Assembly: GCA_964057225.1 (NCBI GenBank)
Contig: OZ059895.1
Coordinates: forward strand, 13,330,001 to 13,394,000
Direction of reading: 5' to 3'
Origin: Auanema rhodensis
Lineage: Eukaryota; Animalia; Nematoda
DNA: 64,000 nucleotides
Below are positions 41,801 through 52,553 of this stretch, piece after piece. Position 1 is the first letter of the stretch, and the number at the start of each line of letters is the position of its first letter. The notes beneath the pieces are model-generated. The model saw only the letters and a list, made by a program, of their open reading frames with translations. It did not search any database and was not told the origin of the DNA. Position numbers and translations under genes: made by a program.

Positions 41801-44504
41801 GTCTTCCTTTAATTAGAGGAATAATTTGTGTAATTCCTGGATTACTCATAAGTGGTCTTAAAAATGGATATGGGCAAATTCGAAGCGTGTACGTTTCAAA
41901 ATCTTCAACATCATTTATTCTATCCTGATCGAATGGGAATGAGCATTTTGTAGAAGTTGCGCGTTTAGGTCTTTTGAACGGCAATTTCTTAAATTCTCGT
42001 TCAATTAGGAGTGTGATATTGTTATCATTAGGATATTTGGGGAATGTTATATAATTTCCTGATGTTGTATGGAATGCTGGTTGTCTAAAGCAGGATGCAA
42101 TTGGTTTTGGTGTTATTTTACTCGAAAGGATAAGCGCTGATTGTGTACTTGGAATCAAAATAGTTTCTTTGCTTATTATAGCATCGTAGTAATGCATATC
42201 GATATAATTACAACGGGAATCCGATGTTTGGGGATCCCATATAATTATTGATGTATTTGATTTGCAATTACCATGATGAGAACTACAACCTTCAGTGTTT
42301 AGTATTAAATTGGATAATATTGTATCATCGGGCATGCGGGTCATGACTCCGCGCTCTAGTACTAAACGCGGCCGCTCCTCGCACTCGTCGCGGCTAAACG
42401 CGCGCGCCGGATCATAGGAGGGCTCTGGGGTTGCTTGTGCTATACTATCGATTCTCTCCAGCTCCATGTTATTCCATTTGCGATCGCGAATCGCCTGCCT
42501 GCACTCGTGCGCCGCTATAGGCTGCACCCTATCGATTGTTCTGTTTGTGTCGCGGAGGAATAACAAATCGCGTACACACAGCTTGTGTACTTCCTTCGAG
42601 CAGCGCCACGCGTCCCACTCGTGTGCCGTGTGGTTTCGCGTGTATAGATGGATTTGTGTACGTAGCACATGATTTGTTTCTGTTAATTTACATTTCTTTA
42701 CTACTGGTGGAACTAATAAGGCTCCTCCAGTTGCTTTTGTGCAAATTTGATATGAAGTTACACATGGCAGGAAAATTGCTACTGTGATTGCCATTACAAC
42801 CGTTAGTGATAACGGTGAAAGGGTCACAGAGTTAATTCGTGGTGTGCTTCTATCTCGTCCTCTTGATTGATCTCTTTGATTGTTAAAATGGACTCTTCTT
42901 TGTCCGTTATGTTCATTAGTCCTTCCTCTTCTACTATTGTTTGAAGGATTAAAATTGTTTGAATGCCAGTTGTTATTAAATCGTCCCGAATTTCGTTCAT
43001 AATTATTGTTACGGCGATAATTAGCAAAAGAGCCGTTACGATTTTGGTTGTTATTATATTTTGAAAAGTTTTTATTTTTCTGATAATTTTGATAATTATG
43101 ATAATTTTTATTGTTTTGGTTATCACGTGGATAATTACGGTCGAAATTTCGGTTATCTCGTCTCTCGTTTGTGCGCGCGAAAGGAGCTAGTGCTTTGTTT
43201 ACAGCATTGACTAGCATGGACTGCGTGTCTGTTGTCTGGTTCATTATCGATTCTTCCCAGCGAGCGGCCTCAATCGCATCCGTGAAGGATTTTGGCTTCG
43301 CTCGAATCACAGCTGGTTTCAGAGTATTTTTCAGTCCTCTGAGGAAAGTTGATCTTAATATGTGATCTTTGTGAGGGTCATCCGTGGCAAAAGCGCTTAG
43401 TGCAATCGTTCTCAGTGATTGAGCGTAAGCGTCAATTGTCAGATCCCCTTGGGTTGTATTTTGGAGATTGATCAGCGCGGGGTCCTGATTATATTCAGGA
43501 CACAGCTTAGATGTTAAAGCTCTTAACAGGTCATTCCATGAACCGGTGGTTTTTAATTGTTCAGGTACTTGCCTGTACGCTTCTTCCGCTGCTTCGTTTT
43601 TAAGAAGCAAAGGTAGAAGGGCTAATCTCTCCGGGATTACCAGACCTACAGCGTTGGCAAATAGGTTGAATTTAGCCGTGAAATCTCGAAAGTTGCGACT
43701 GCCATCATAAGTTGGGCAGTAGGGTGATAACAAGGCTTGCGCTATGGTAGTTTTCCCTGCCCCAGGTAAAGAAGGTTCAGTTGCCATATTACTTGTACGG
43801 GCAGATGGCATTTTTATCACTCTGCCTGTTGTTAATAAGTTCTCAGACACAGGGGTTGTGTGTACTGAGCGGCTGGGTTGGTTTGGTGCTTTTGAACTTC
43901 CTGTTGTTGTATTTGGTAAAATTGGGGTTGAAGTTTGGTTATCAGTAATAGCAAGATGTGTATGTTCGGGTGGTTGTATGGGAGATAAATTAATGTTTGG
44001 AACCGACGAGTATCTATTCGTGTGGCTGGTGTTCAAGTTTCGATCTTTTGGTGAACGATTGAAGAGATCAGAAACTATGTTTTTAAAAGTTTGTAAACCG
44101 CCTGCACTAGTAGTGGCTACTGAAGGTGAAACTGTTGGTTCAGGGATGGACAGAGAGAGAGATGCGTCCGATTTGCTTGAGTTTTTATTTTTATTTTTCT
44201 TATTTTTATTTGAATTAGAGGAGCGTACCTTTTTAGCAGTAACTGGTGTTTGTTCTTCCACTATGATGGATGTTTCTTCTCCTCCTGGTGGTACGTAATC
44301 CTCGTCGCTTAATCGTTCAGTAGGTGAATAAGTGCCTGCACGAGGAGTAAAGAACTTGTCGGTTTTGTGCTCGGCTTTCTGCTCGTCTTCGATTATAGCG
44401 ATGCTTTGTGCGCGAGCTCGGCTTCTGGTGAGTGGAGCTGAGTCTCGCAGATCAAAATCAGTTCGTGTACTGAGAGGTACAGCTGATCGGAATCGCTTAT
44501 CCAC
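35820..44504 (-). CDS. E3 Gag-Env-Pol polyprotein
   Basis: Gag PTYDG..TQGDLTI..FLRGLK. Signal ~42765-42825. Furin RPKR 41961-41972. TM ~39730-39800. LWDSGS ~39455. YLDD 38121-38132. RNase H, and integrase HHCC/DDE. Start is uncertain (first ATG at 43811). Confidence 0.93.
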   Translation of the reverse strand: MDKRFRSAVPLSTRTDFDLRDSAPLTRSRARAQSIAIIEDEQKAEHKTDKFFTPRAGTYSPTERLSDEDYVPPGGEETSIIVEEQTPVTAKKVRSSNSNKNKKNKNKNSSKSDASLSLSIPEPTVSPSVATTSAGGLQTFKNIVSDLFNRSPKDRNLNTSHTNRYSSVPNINLSPIQPPEHTHLAITDNQTSTPILPNTTTGSSKAPNQPSRSVHTTPVSENLLTTGRVIKMPSARTSNMATEPSLPGAGKTTIAQALLSPYCPTYDGSRNFRDFTAKFNLFANAVGLVIPERLALLPLLLKNEAAEEAYRQVPEQLKTTGSWNDLLRALTSKLCPEYNQDPALINLQNTTQGDLTIDAYAQSLRTIALSAFATDDPHKDHILRSTFLRGLKNTLKPAVIRAKPKSFTDAIEAARWEESIMNQTTDTQSMLVNAVNKALAPFARTNERRDNRNFDRNYPRDNQNNKNYHNYQNYQKNKNFSKYNNNQNRNGSFANYRRNNNYERNSGRFNNNWHSNNFNPSNNSRRGRTNEHNGQRRVHFNNQRDQSRGRDRSTPRINSVTLSPLSLTVVMAITVAIFLPCVTSYQICTKATGGALLVPPVVKKCKLTETNHVLRTQIHLYTRNHTAHEWDAWRCSKEVHKLCVRDLLFLRDTNRTIDRVQPIAAHECRQAIRDRKWNNMELERIDSIAQATPEPSYDPARAFSRDECEERPRLVLERGVMTRMPDDTILSNLILNTEGCSSHHGNCKSNTSIIIWDPQTSDSRCNYIDMHYYDAIISKETILIPSTQSALILSSKITPKPIASCFRQPAFHTTSGNYITFPKYPNDNNITLLIEREFKKLPFKRPKRATSTKCSFPFDQDRINDVEDFETYTLRICPYPFLRPLMSNPGITQIIPLIKGRRMVDPTYSLKEWIKAHRENFEFFFKIQIYEKSLRHFLKQYDFRDKDEAILQYVAQRELALATKAGISYLTSRQLLQQISDRLTVIEFDRLIRTKEGTYRERAETIALDLANTPVIIEDKLTVPSRQEILKAFVKMPPIRKQLLTDQEERNSKFIKDTIDLVHELKTLVTLRRNKTAADIDDIKFINLPSSRMFVLDTDKLFYDIKNNFGIQIGPHPKLIEPNNISKDLLLEIFLPLLNDNILPNTSSRISSEQLKRLMTEKIQLKSLQTTTRAPSNAAGGAAEMAALPIIDREALITTDPAILPQTSTSPRAAAATTARAPSSMAQPETTARHTTATTTARATISTRAPPTTILYAVHQDQQIPIMEETTYTPISLIRKHRASSTPTATDIESVQANAQYIATKVDSEQQFRQNITSRIAQDHLQYATTMIQEELQKHFKESYESICEIQNRYLELWRSILQIEPTIAMRTILGREDIAARFVGSEILHIHVCPVVLQKNIYHNHTVNGTCYLETPVLTQEGQLLFAAPGSKDLLPHGKEINCDHVPTDVWSTDGEWKGINGTVDVSLISMWDGLHHEKITPLKFTGAHLYTNLSSRVYSMTTAIAYGASLASIRQNHVLHTIHHDPKISSAFSILKKSSDYISKANEFTKSTWNSFVDTIAGTIERTLITIGAITIIVVILIVLAFVAKIYFFKPIGMQVMHIELRDQTNDLPTYEETLELVSQPDQPIPRNIMKQYYPSFLTLVPLAMPIVCSVSNRKDQSLPLLLMTVNDRLILTLWDSGSSISYIRLSTLHYLTLNDFVKKDKSVATTANGSAFRFLGTIDLTVEIAGYEIDHTFFISRDEDCPSPALIGLDFMKTLDRQNIGMKLRPFKQTLEIGNRVVPLANGNNGNIRKTSFVINLINLNPQCIFPHQTCRIPVRLAEPISHNEIAMLQPDEENTISTTYETAFRNVNSITMTFKNNTDHPIDLSPGNIIDKAKIGVLPQYEIFTTEHNPDYIPPEADWENKLPHFPQDFMNDLDLKDADLTKEQKDLLQLCILRNRDAFLNEDKQIGLFKGPVEHSIPLRTDMDMPRPRITRIPIGKQEEVERQVQEMLKQNIIEPSTSLFNSPVVLVKKKDETFRFVTDFRALNNVTRKQTYIIPNISDIVDMAAGSQYFSNFDLVSGFFQIALKKSDRPLTSFTTNTGTYQYRRMPMGLCGAPHTFQTAVRYLQSRCKCRLFVYLDDLLVISDTAEQHLDDIAEILREVKKLGMKIKLNKCAFARPEVKFLGLIVGRDGVKPDPQKVSAIQDYPAPKSPTGVRAFLGMVGFFRKFIKDFAHIASPLYDLTKLDVEFQWNDKSQQAVDTLKRKLIQAPVLKPPRSDRMFIIESDGSNIAVGAVLLQPEDPNEPLKNLHPIAFASRKLVKAERNYAPIEIEALGLVYALAQFRTYILGSHTICITDHRPLTSLLTRRDLFGRLAKFQLVIQEYDIEIRYREGRLNKVCDALSRYIGDEANDPKPEKKKKTKEIPKAQINFVNVPDIRAIQEDTPWIKRTIAEIEYRAKKNMLSNDRYCVIDNMLYTKPSRKRPHPALILPRESKLINKVIEEFHEDPAIGAHQGINKTKEAILRRFCWTNMQTDIASFVKQCVKCAQRKKDPHAMTVQPMGQFEIPSKPFERIHMDIMGPFPTSKRNNNYVLTIQDSFSKWATTIAIPTIVTDVIIDRFLRNFVYIFGPPNRLITDRGSNFVSKKFEEMCEKLGIKHEPTVPHQKNSNGQVERLHRTLEEGLTHYLNEDVTDWDMYLPKITFALNTITHATTGISPYIALFGKESRMRLDKELFPETLQPEILEEIENTEYIRGERRTIIQENLAKHQETAKRKHDGRQRIEERDIRKGDQVMLAIKAHKPGQKLRKSYDGPFEVINVEGNMVQLKNPFGKIQDVHKDNLKLFDRKMEHTIAQNTRSNTTTYDTDDDSDIEIIKVINGNDNYDSSEETEPEDPSDQNWLPPRRRR

Positions 44505-45901
44505 TTTGGTAGCGCTCTTGGTTTGGAAAAACCTTGAGTGTTTAGTAACGTGGGGGATTTTGAGACGTTAATGAGTGTTATGGATAAGGAGTTTTGGAAA
44601 AGGGGTGAGAAAGCTGTGAGTAACTGGTTTGTATAGTCGGCGTTAAGGAATGAATCTAAGTTGTGGCCTTTAACAGAGATCCGCCTACTACCGTATGAAA
44701 ATTTGGACTTTGTTCGCTTTCCAATTTAATATTCTTAAATGTATATAATTCAACCAGTTTGTATATGTTCAAAAAATGTTCAGTGCTTACTTGATTGATG
44801 CCTGAGCAATCTCATTAGTCCTTATTCCCATTTTTTTTTCTTTTTCTGACGATTCTGATCTTCTTGGACTCACGAGTGATCGAAAATGCCACGAAAATGG
44901 ACTTTGGTAAATGTTCAAAGGATTTTAGCGGTTTTCATAATGTACATTCGTAATAGCATTACTCTTTTAAGGAAGCAATTTGGAAAACGAATGAGTACCG
45001 TAGTCCCATCATGATCAGAAATCTAGTTTTAAAATTATGACTAGGAATAGATGACTAAAGATTACAATAACTATATTTAAAGAATTATGGTGTTTAGGAG
45101 TGAGTCTTATGCTTCAAAACAACAATAACGGTATGAGGAAGGTGACATATAGTAAGGGGAGAAAATCCAAACTGATATGCTTAAGCCAACACGACCTGAT
45201 AGACAATCACTAATAATAATTCAGTTCGTAAAATTGTACAGGATTTTTCGGACTATAGCGATCTTAAAATTCACTTTTCATAATATTCCTCCCATTTAGG
45301 TGAGGTTTCCCGTGTAAATTCAATGCGTTATCAAAATATTTTTGGATGTTAATGGCAAAAAGTTGTCTGAACAGAAATGTAACGCAAAATAAAATAGTCC
45401 TGATCGCAAAATATGAAAGAATCTCAAATTGGTGCGCAAAATTGTTTCATCCACAAAAATAAAGAAATAACCGTGGCTATTCTTTCCTCGAAGCCAAAAT
45501 CAATCCTTAAAAGGAGAAAGTGTGGGCATAAATCTCAAAAAAAATTATCCTTGGGTGAATTTGTTCACTAATTCATCCTAGGGTCCTCAAAAATGCTTCG
45601 AGTTCGGGTAACAGAGTATTCGATGTTAACAGCAAGGATATAAAAATTGTTGGGTTCAGACAGACAGAAAATTGTGAACAAACGGGAAAATATAACTTCA
45701 GTTTCAAAAAATATAAAATCCATCTCCAAAAGGAGTGGTCCTTGCATCTGTTCCCTTTTAAACGTTGTTGGCCCCACCGTATTGTGTTAAGACATGGAGT
45801 AGATGGTGTAGAGATATAAGAGAATTCAGATTCAATGAAATGTAGTAAAAATAACGAAATATAAGAGAAAATAGTCAAGAAATCAAGATAAAAATGTTCG
45901 A

Positions 45902-45914
45902 GGTGGAACCTCCA
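45902..45914 (-). promoter_or_regulatory. Primer-binding site for tRNA-Gln (E3)
   Basis: TGGAGGTTCCACC directly after the 5' LTR. Confidence 0.82.
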
Positions 45915-46251
45915 CGTTCCGTTATGCTCTCACGTCGATCCTATAGACCAATAAAGCCTACAAGATGAGTGTGATAGTATTCCAGATGTAGCGGTAGATA
46001 AAGAGCATAATGGATAAACATAAGACTCGAGAAAGAAAGGTTTATTATGTCTACATGATTACAATAAGTTATATAAGTCTACATAAAGATATAAAGTGAA
46101 AGAGAGCTAAGAAAGGAAGACCAACCATCCATAGTCATTCCATAAGGCAAAGCTGAAGTCTGTGTTCCATATGAAGGGCGTGTCGTCCTCTCTCAGCCTC
46201 ATGTCGTCTGATTCTAACCCGCCTGCTACGTATTGATTTCCGAATGGAACG
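45915..46251 (-). repeat. E3 5' LTR
   Basis: Direct repeat of 34786-35122. Confidence 0.95.
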
Positions 46252-46615
46252 TTTTTTTTCCAATTTCATGTTAGTTATGTAATTTTCTACGTTACATCTA
46301 AATTCCTCGATGATATCAAATCTTATGAGCTCCAAATACAATAAATTAAAAAAGGTTTCACAGTTGTATAGTGTTAATACAATGTTTGTTTCAATAGGAA
46401 ATAGATAGAAACAGTAAAGTTAAGATGAAGGTTCATAAACTACTGGTTTATAACTGTAATATAGAAATAAGATTGAAGATATTTTGATGCCTTGGGTTGA
46501 GCTATCTAAGTAAAACTGCTAGAAAATTAAAAACATTTGTTACGGAAGAGATAAAATTGAAAATCAGCTGCATTGCGTACTTTCAACGTGGTATGATCGT
46601 TAAAAAAAATTGAAA

Positions 46616-46734
46616 AGCTTACGGCACCCGGGATTCCCAAGCCGTCTCCGATCCAAGTACTAACCGGGCCCAACGTTGCTTGACTTGCCAGATCGGACGG
46701 GATGGCGTACTTTCAACGTGGTATGGTCGTAAGC
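46616..46734 (-). rRNA. 5S rRNA
   Basis: Array copy. Confidence 0.95.
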
Positions 46735-47144
46735 GAAAATACCTGATATTCAATGATTTACATACTTATCCTCGTTATTGTTTTTTTTCCAATTTCATGT
46801 TAGTTATGTAATTTTCTACGTTACATCTAAATTCCTCGATGATATCAAATCTTATGAGCTCCAAATACAATAAATTAAAAAAGGTTTCACAGTTGTATAG
46901 TGTTAAAACAATGTTTGTTTCAATAGGAAATAGATAGAAACAGTAAAGTTAAGATGAAGGTTCATAAACTACTGGTTTATAACTGTAATATAGAAATAAG
47001 ATTGAAGATATTTTGATGCCTTGGGTTGAGCTATCTAAGTAAAACTGCTAGAAAATTAAAAACATTTGTTACGGAAGAGATAAAATTGAAAATCAGCTGC
47101 ACGGCGTACTTTCAACGTGGTATGATCGTTAAAAAAATTTGAAA

Positions 47145-47263
47145 AGCTTACGGCACCCGGGATTCCCAAGCCGTCTCCGATCCAAGTACTAACCGGGCCC
47201 AACGTTGCTTGACTTGCCAGATCGGACGGGATGGCGTACTTTCAACGTGGTATGGTCGTAAGC
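47145..47263 (-). rRNA. 5S rRNA
   Basis: Array copy. Confidence 0.95.
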
Positions 47264-47673
47264 GAAAATATCTGATATTCAATGATTTACATACTTATCC
47301 TCGTTATTGTTTTTTTTCCAATTTCATGTTAGTTATGTAATTTTCTACGTTACATCTAAATTCCTCGATGATATCAAATCTTATGAGCTCCAAATACAAT
47401 AAATTAAAAAAGGTTTCACAGTTGTATAGTGTTAAAACAATGTTTGTTTCAATAGGAAATAGATAGAAACAGTAAAGTTAAGATGAAGGTTCATAAACTA
47501 CTGGTTTATAACTGTAATATAGAAATAAGATTGAAGATATTTTGATGCCTTGGGTTGAGCTATCTAAGTAAAACTGCTAGAAAATTAAAAACATTTGTTA
47601 CGGAAGAGATAAAATTGAAAATCAGCTGCATTGCGTACTTTCAACGTGGTATGATCGTTAAAAAAAATTGAAA

Positions 47674-47792
47674 AGCTTACGGCACCCGGGATTCCCAAAC
47701 CGTCTCCGATCCAAGTACTAACCGGGCCCAACGTTGCTTGACTTGCCAGATCGGACGGGATGGCGTACTTTCAACGTGGTATGGTCGTAAGC
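47674..47792 (-). rRNA. 5S rRNA (1 variant nt)
   Basis: Array copy. Confidence 0.93.
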
Positions 47793-48202
47793 GAAAATAC
47801 CTGATATTCAATGATTTACATACTTATCCTCGTTATTGTTTTTTTTCCAATTTCATGTTAGTTATGTAATTTTCTACGTTACATCTAAATTCCTCGATGA
47901 TATCAAATCTTATGAGCTCCAAATACAATAAATTAAAAAAGGTTTCACAGTTGTATAGTGTTAAAACAATGTTTGTTTCAATAGGAAATAGATAGAAACA
48001 GTAAAGTTAAGATGAAGGTTCATAAACTACTGGTTTATAACTGTAATATATAAATAAGATTGAAGATATTTTGATGCCTTGGGTTGAGCTATCTAAGTAA
48101 AACTGCTAGAAAATTAAAAACATTTGTTACGGAAGAGATAAAATTGAAAATCAGCTGCATTGCGTACTTTCAACGTGGTATGATCGTTAAAAAAATTTGA
48201 AA

Positions 48203-48321
48203 AGCTTACGGCACCCGGGATTCCCAAGCCGTCTCCGATCCAAGTACTAACCGGGCCCAACGTTGCTTGACTTGCCAGATCGGACGGGATGGCGTACTTT
48301 CAACGTGGTATGGTCGTAAGC
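48203..48321 (-). rRNA. 5S rRNA
   Basis: Array copy. Confidence 0.95.
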
Positions 48322-48731
48322 GAAAATATCTGATATTCAATGATTTACATACTTATCCTCGTTATTGTTTTTTTTCTAATTTCATGTTAGTTATGTAATT
48401 TTCTACGTTACATCTAAATTCCTCGATGATATCAAATCTTATGAGCACCAAATACAATAAATTAAAAAAGGTTTCACAGTTGTATAGTGTTAAAACAATG
48501 TTTGTTTCAATAGGAAATAGATAGAAACAGTAAAGTTAAGATGAAGGTTCATAAACTACTGGTTTATAACTGTAATATAGAAATAAGATTGAAGATATTT
48601 TGATGCCTTGGGTTGAGCTATCTAAGTAAAACTGCTAGAAAATTAAAAACATTTGTTACGGAAGAGATAAAATTGAAAATCAGCTGCATTGCGTACTTTC
48701 AACGTGGTATGATCGTTAAAAAAAATTGAAA

Positions 48732-48850
48732 AGCTTACGGCACCCGGGATTCCCAAGCCGTCTCCGATCCAAGTACTAACCGGGCCCAACGTTGCTTGAC
48801 TTGCCAGATCGGACGGGATGGCGTACTTTCAACGTGGTATGGTCGTAAGC
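48732..48850 (-). rRNA. 5S rRNA
   Basis: Array copy. Confidence 0.95.
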
Positions 48851-49260
48851 GAAAATATCTGATATTCAATGATTTACATACTTATCCTCGTTATTGTTTT
48901 TTTTCCAATTTCATGTTAGTTATGTAATTTTCTACGTTACATCTAAATTCCTCGATGATATCAAATCTTATGAGCTCCAAATACAATAAATTAAAAAAGG
49001 TTTCACAGTTGTATAGTGTTAAAACAATGTTTGTTTCAATAGGAAATAGATAGAAACAGTAAAGTTAAGATGAAGGTTCATAAACTACTGGTTTATAACT
49101 GTAATATAGAAATAAGATTGAAGATATTTTGATGCCTTGGGTTGAGCTATCTAAGTAAAACTGCTAGAAAATTAAAAACATTTGTTACGGAAGAGATAAA
49201 ATTGAAAATCAGCTGCATTGCGTACTTTCAACGTGGTATGATCGTTAAAAAAAATTGAAA

Positions 49261-49379
49261 AGCTTACGGCACCCGGGATTCCCAAGCCGTCTCCGATCCA
49301 AGTACTAACCGGGCCCAACGTTGCTTGACTTGCCAGATCGGACGGGATGGCGTACTTTCAACGTGGTATGGTCGTAAGC
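49261..49379 (-). rRNA. 5S rRNA
   Basis: Array copy. Confidence 0.95.
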
Positions 49380-49789
49380 GAAAATATCTGATATTCAATG
49401 ATTTACATACTTATCCTCGTTATTGTTTTTTTTCCAATTTCATGTTAGTTATGTAATTTTCTACGTTACATCTAAATTCCTCGATGATATCAAATCTTAT
49501 GAGCTCCAAATACAATAAATTAAAAAAGGTTTCACAGTTGTATAGTGTTAAAACAATGTTTGTTTCAATAGGAAATAGATAGAAACAGTAAAGTTAAGAT
49601 GAAGGTTCATAAACTACTGGTTTATAACTGTAATATAGAAATAAGATTGAAGATATTTTGATGCCTTGGGTTGAGCTATCTAAGTAAAACTGCTAGAAAA
49701 TTAAAAACATTTGTTACGGAAGAGATAAAATTGAAAATCAGCTGCATTGCGTACTTTCAACGTGGTATGATCGTTAAAAAAAATTGAAA

Positions 49790-49908
49790 AGCTTACGGCA
49801 CCCGGGATTCCCAAGCCGTCTCCGATCCAAGTACTAACCGGGCCCAACGTTGCTTGACTTGCCAGATCGGACGGGATGGCGTACTTTCAACGTGGTATGG
49901 TCGTAAGC
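49790..49908 (-). rRNA. 5S rRNA
   Basis: Array copy. Confidence 0.95.
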
Positions 49909-50318
49909 GAAAATATCTGATATTCAATGATTTACATACTTATCCTCGTTATTGTTTTTTTTCCAATTTCATGTTAGTTATGTAATTTTCTACGTTACAT
50001 CTAAATTCCTCGATGATATCAAATCTTATGAGCTCCAAATACAATAAATTAAAAAAGGTTTCACAGTTGTATAGTGTTAAAACAATGTTTGTTTCAATAG
50101 GAAATAGATAGAAACAGTAAAGTTAAGATGAAGGTTCATAAACTACTGGTTTATAACTGTAATATAGAAATAAGATTGAAGATATTTTGATGCCTTGGGT
50201 TGAGCTATCTAAGTAAAACTGCTAGAAAATTAAAAACATTTGTTACGGAAGAGATAAAATTGAAAATCAGCTGCATTGCGTACTTTCAACGTGGTATGAT
50301 CGTTAAAAAAAATTGAAA

Positions 50319-50437
50319 AGCTTACGGCACCCGGGATTCCCAAGCCGTCTCCGATCCAAGTACTAACCGGGCCCAACGTTGCTTGACTTGCCAGATCGGA
50401 CGGGATGGCGTACTTTCAACGTGGTATGGTCGTAAGC
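50319..50437 (-). rRNA. 5S rRNA
   Basis: Array copy. Confidence 0.95.
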
Positions 50438-50847
50438 GAAAATACCTGATATTCAATGATTTACATACTTATCCTCGTTATTGTTTTTTTTCCAATTTCA
50501 TGTTAGTTATGTAATTTTCTACGTTACATCTAAATTCCTCGATGATATCAAATCTTATGAGCTCCAAATACAATAAATTAAAAAAGGTTTCACAGTTGTA
50601 TAGTGTTAAAACAATGTTTGTTTCAATAGGAAATAGATAGAAACAGTAAAGTTAAGATGAAGGTTCATAAACTACTGGTTTATAACTGTAATATAGAAAT
50701 AAGATTGAAGATATTTTGATGCCTTGGGTTGAGCTATCTAAGTAAAACTGCTAGAAAATTAAAAACATTTGTTACGGAAGAGATAAAATTGAAAATCAGC
50801 TGCATTGCGTACTTTCAACGTGGTATGATCGTTAAAAAAAATTGAAA

Positions 50848-50966
50848 AGCTTACGGCACCCGGGATTCCCAAGCCGTCTCCGATCCAAGTACTAACCGGG
50901 CCCAACGTTGCTTGACTTGCCAGATCGGACAGGATGGCGTACTTTCAACGTGGTATGGTCGTAAGC
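50848..50966 (-). rRNA. 5S rRNA (acagg variant)
   Basis: Array copy. Confidence 0.93.
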
Positions 50967-51376
50967 GAAAATACCTGATATTCAATGATTTACATACTTA
51001 TCCTCGTTATTGTTTTTTTTCCAATTTCATGTTAGTTATGTAATTTTCTACGTTACATCTAAATTCCTCGATGATATCAAATCTTATGAGCACCAAATAC
51101 AATAAATTAAAAAAGGTTTCACAGTTGTATAGTGTTAAAACAATGTTTGTTTCAATAGGAAATAGATAGAAACAGTAAAGTTAAGATGAAGGTTCATAAA
51201 CTACTGGTTTATAACTGTAATATAGAAATAAGATTGAAGATATTTTGATGCCTTGGGTTGAGCTATCTAAGTAAAACTGCTAGAAAATTAAAAACATTTG
51301 TTACGGAAGAGATAAAATTGAAAATCAGCTGCACGGCGTACTTTCAACGTGGTATGATCGTTAAAAAAATTTGAAA

Positions 51377-51495
51377 AGCTTACGGCACCCGGGATTCCCA
51401 AGCCGTCTCCGATCCAAGTACTAACCGGGCCCAACGTTGCTTGACTTGCCAGATCGGACGGGATGGCGTACTTTCAACGTGGTATGGTCGTAAGC
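51377..51495 (-). rRNA. 5S rRNA
   Basis: Array copy. Confidence 0.95.
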
Positions 51496-51905
51496 GAAAA
51501 TATCTGATATTCAATGATTTACATACTTATCCTCGTTATTGTTTTTTTTCCAATTTCATGTTAGTTATGTAATTTTCTACGTTACATCTAAATTCCTCGA
51601 TGATATCAAATCTTATGAGCTCCAAATACAATAAATTAAAAAAGGTTTCACAGTTGTATAGTGTTAAAACAATGTTTGTTTCAATAGGAAATAGATAGAA
51701 ACAGTAAAGTTAAGATGAAGGTTCATAAACTACTGGTTTATAACTGTAATATAGAAATAAGATTGAAGATATTTTGATGCCTTGGGTTGAGCTATCTAAG
51801 TAAAACTGCTAGAAAATTAAAAACATTTGTTACGGAAGAGATAAAATTGAAAATCAGCTGCATTGCGTACTTTCAACGTGGTATGATCGTTAAAAAAAAT
51901 TGAAA

Positions 51906-52024
51906 AGCTTACGGCACCCGGGATTCCCAAGCCGTCTCCGATCCAAGTACTAACCGGGCCCAACGTTGCTTGACTTGCCAGATCGGACGGGATGGCGTAC
52001 TTTCAACGTGGTATGGTCGTAAGC
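51906..52024 (-). rRNA. 5S rRNA
   Basis: Array copy. Confidence 0.95.
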
Positions 52025-52434
52025 GAAAATACCTGATATTCAATGATTTACATACTTATCCTCGTTATTGTTTTTTTTCCAATTTCATGTTAGTTATGTA
52101 ATTTTCTACGTTACATCTAAATTCCTCGATGATATCAAATCTTATGAGCTCCAAATACAATAAATTAAAAAAGGTTTCACAGTTGTATAGTGTTAAAACA
52201 ATGTTTGTTTCAATAGGAAATAGATAGAAACAGTAAAGTTAAGATGAAGGTTCATAAACTACTGGTTTATAACTGTAATATAGGAATAAGATTAGAGATA
52301 ATTCGCTGCCTTGGGTTGAGCTATCTAAGTAAAACTGCTGGAAAATTGAAAACATTTGTTACGGAAGAGATAAAATTGAAAATCAGCTGCATTGCGTACT
52401 TTCAACGTGGTATGATCGTTAAAAAAAATTGAAA

Positions 52435-52553
52435 AGCTTACGGCACCCGGGATTCCCAAGCCGTCTCCGATCCAAGTACTAACCGGGCCCAACGTTGCTT
52501 GACTTGCCAGATCGGACGGGATGGCGTACTTTCAACGTGGTATGGTCGTAAGC
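52435..52553 (-). rRNA. 5S rRNA
   Basis: Array copy. Confidence 0.95.

Larger units (their letters stand above)
34786..46251 (-). mobile_element. E3: full-length env-bearing Ty3/Gypsy LTR retrotransposon (11.5 kb), more divergent family
   Basis: 337-bp LTRs (34786-35122, 45915-46251), identical by eye. TSD tttt. PBS 45902-45914. Intact polyprotein. No ORF3. Confidence 0.97.
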
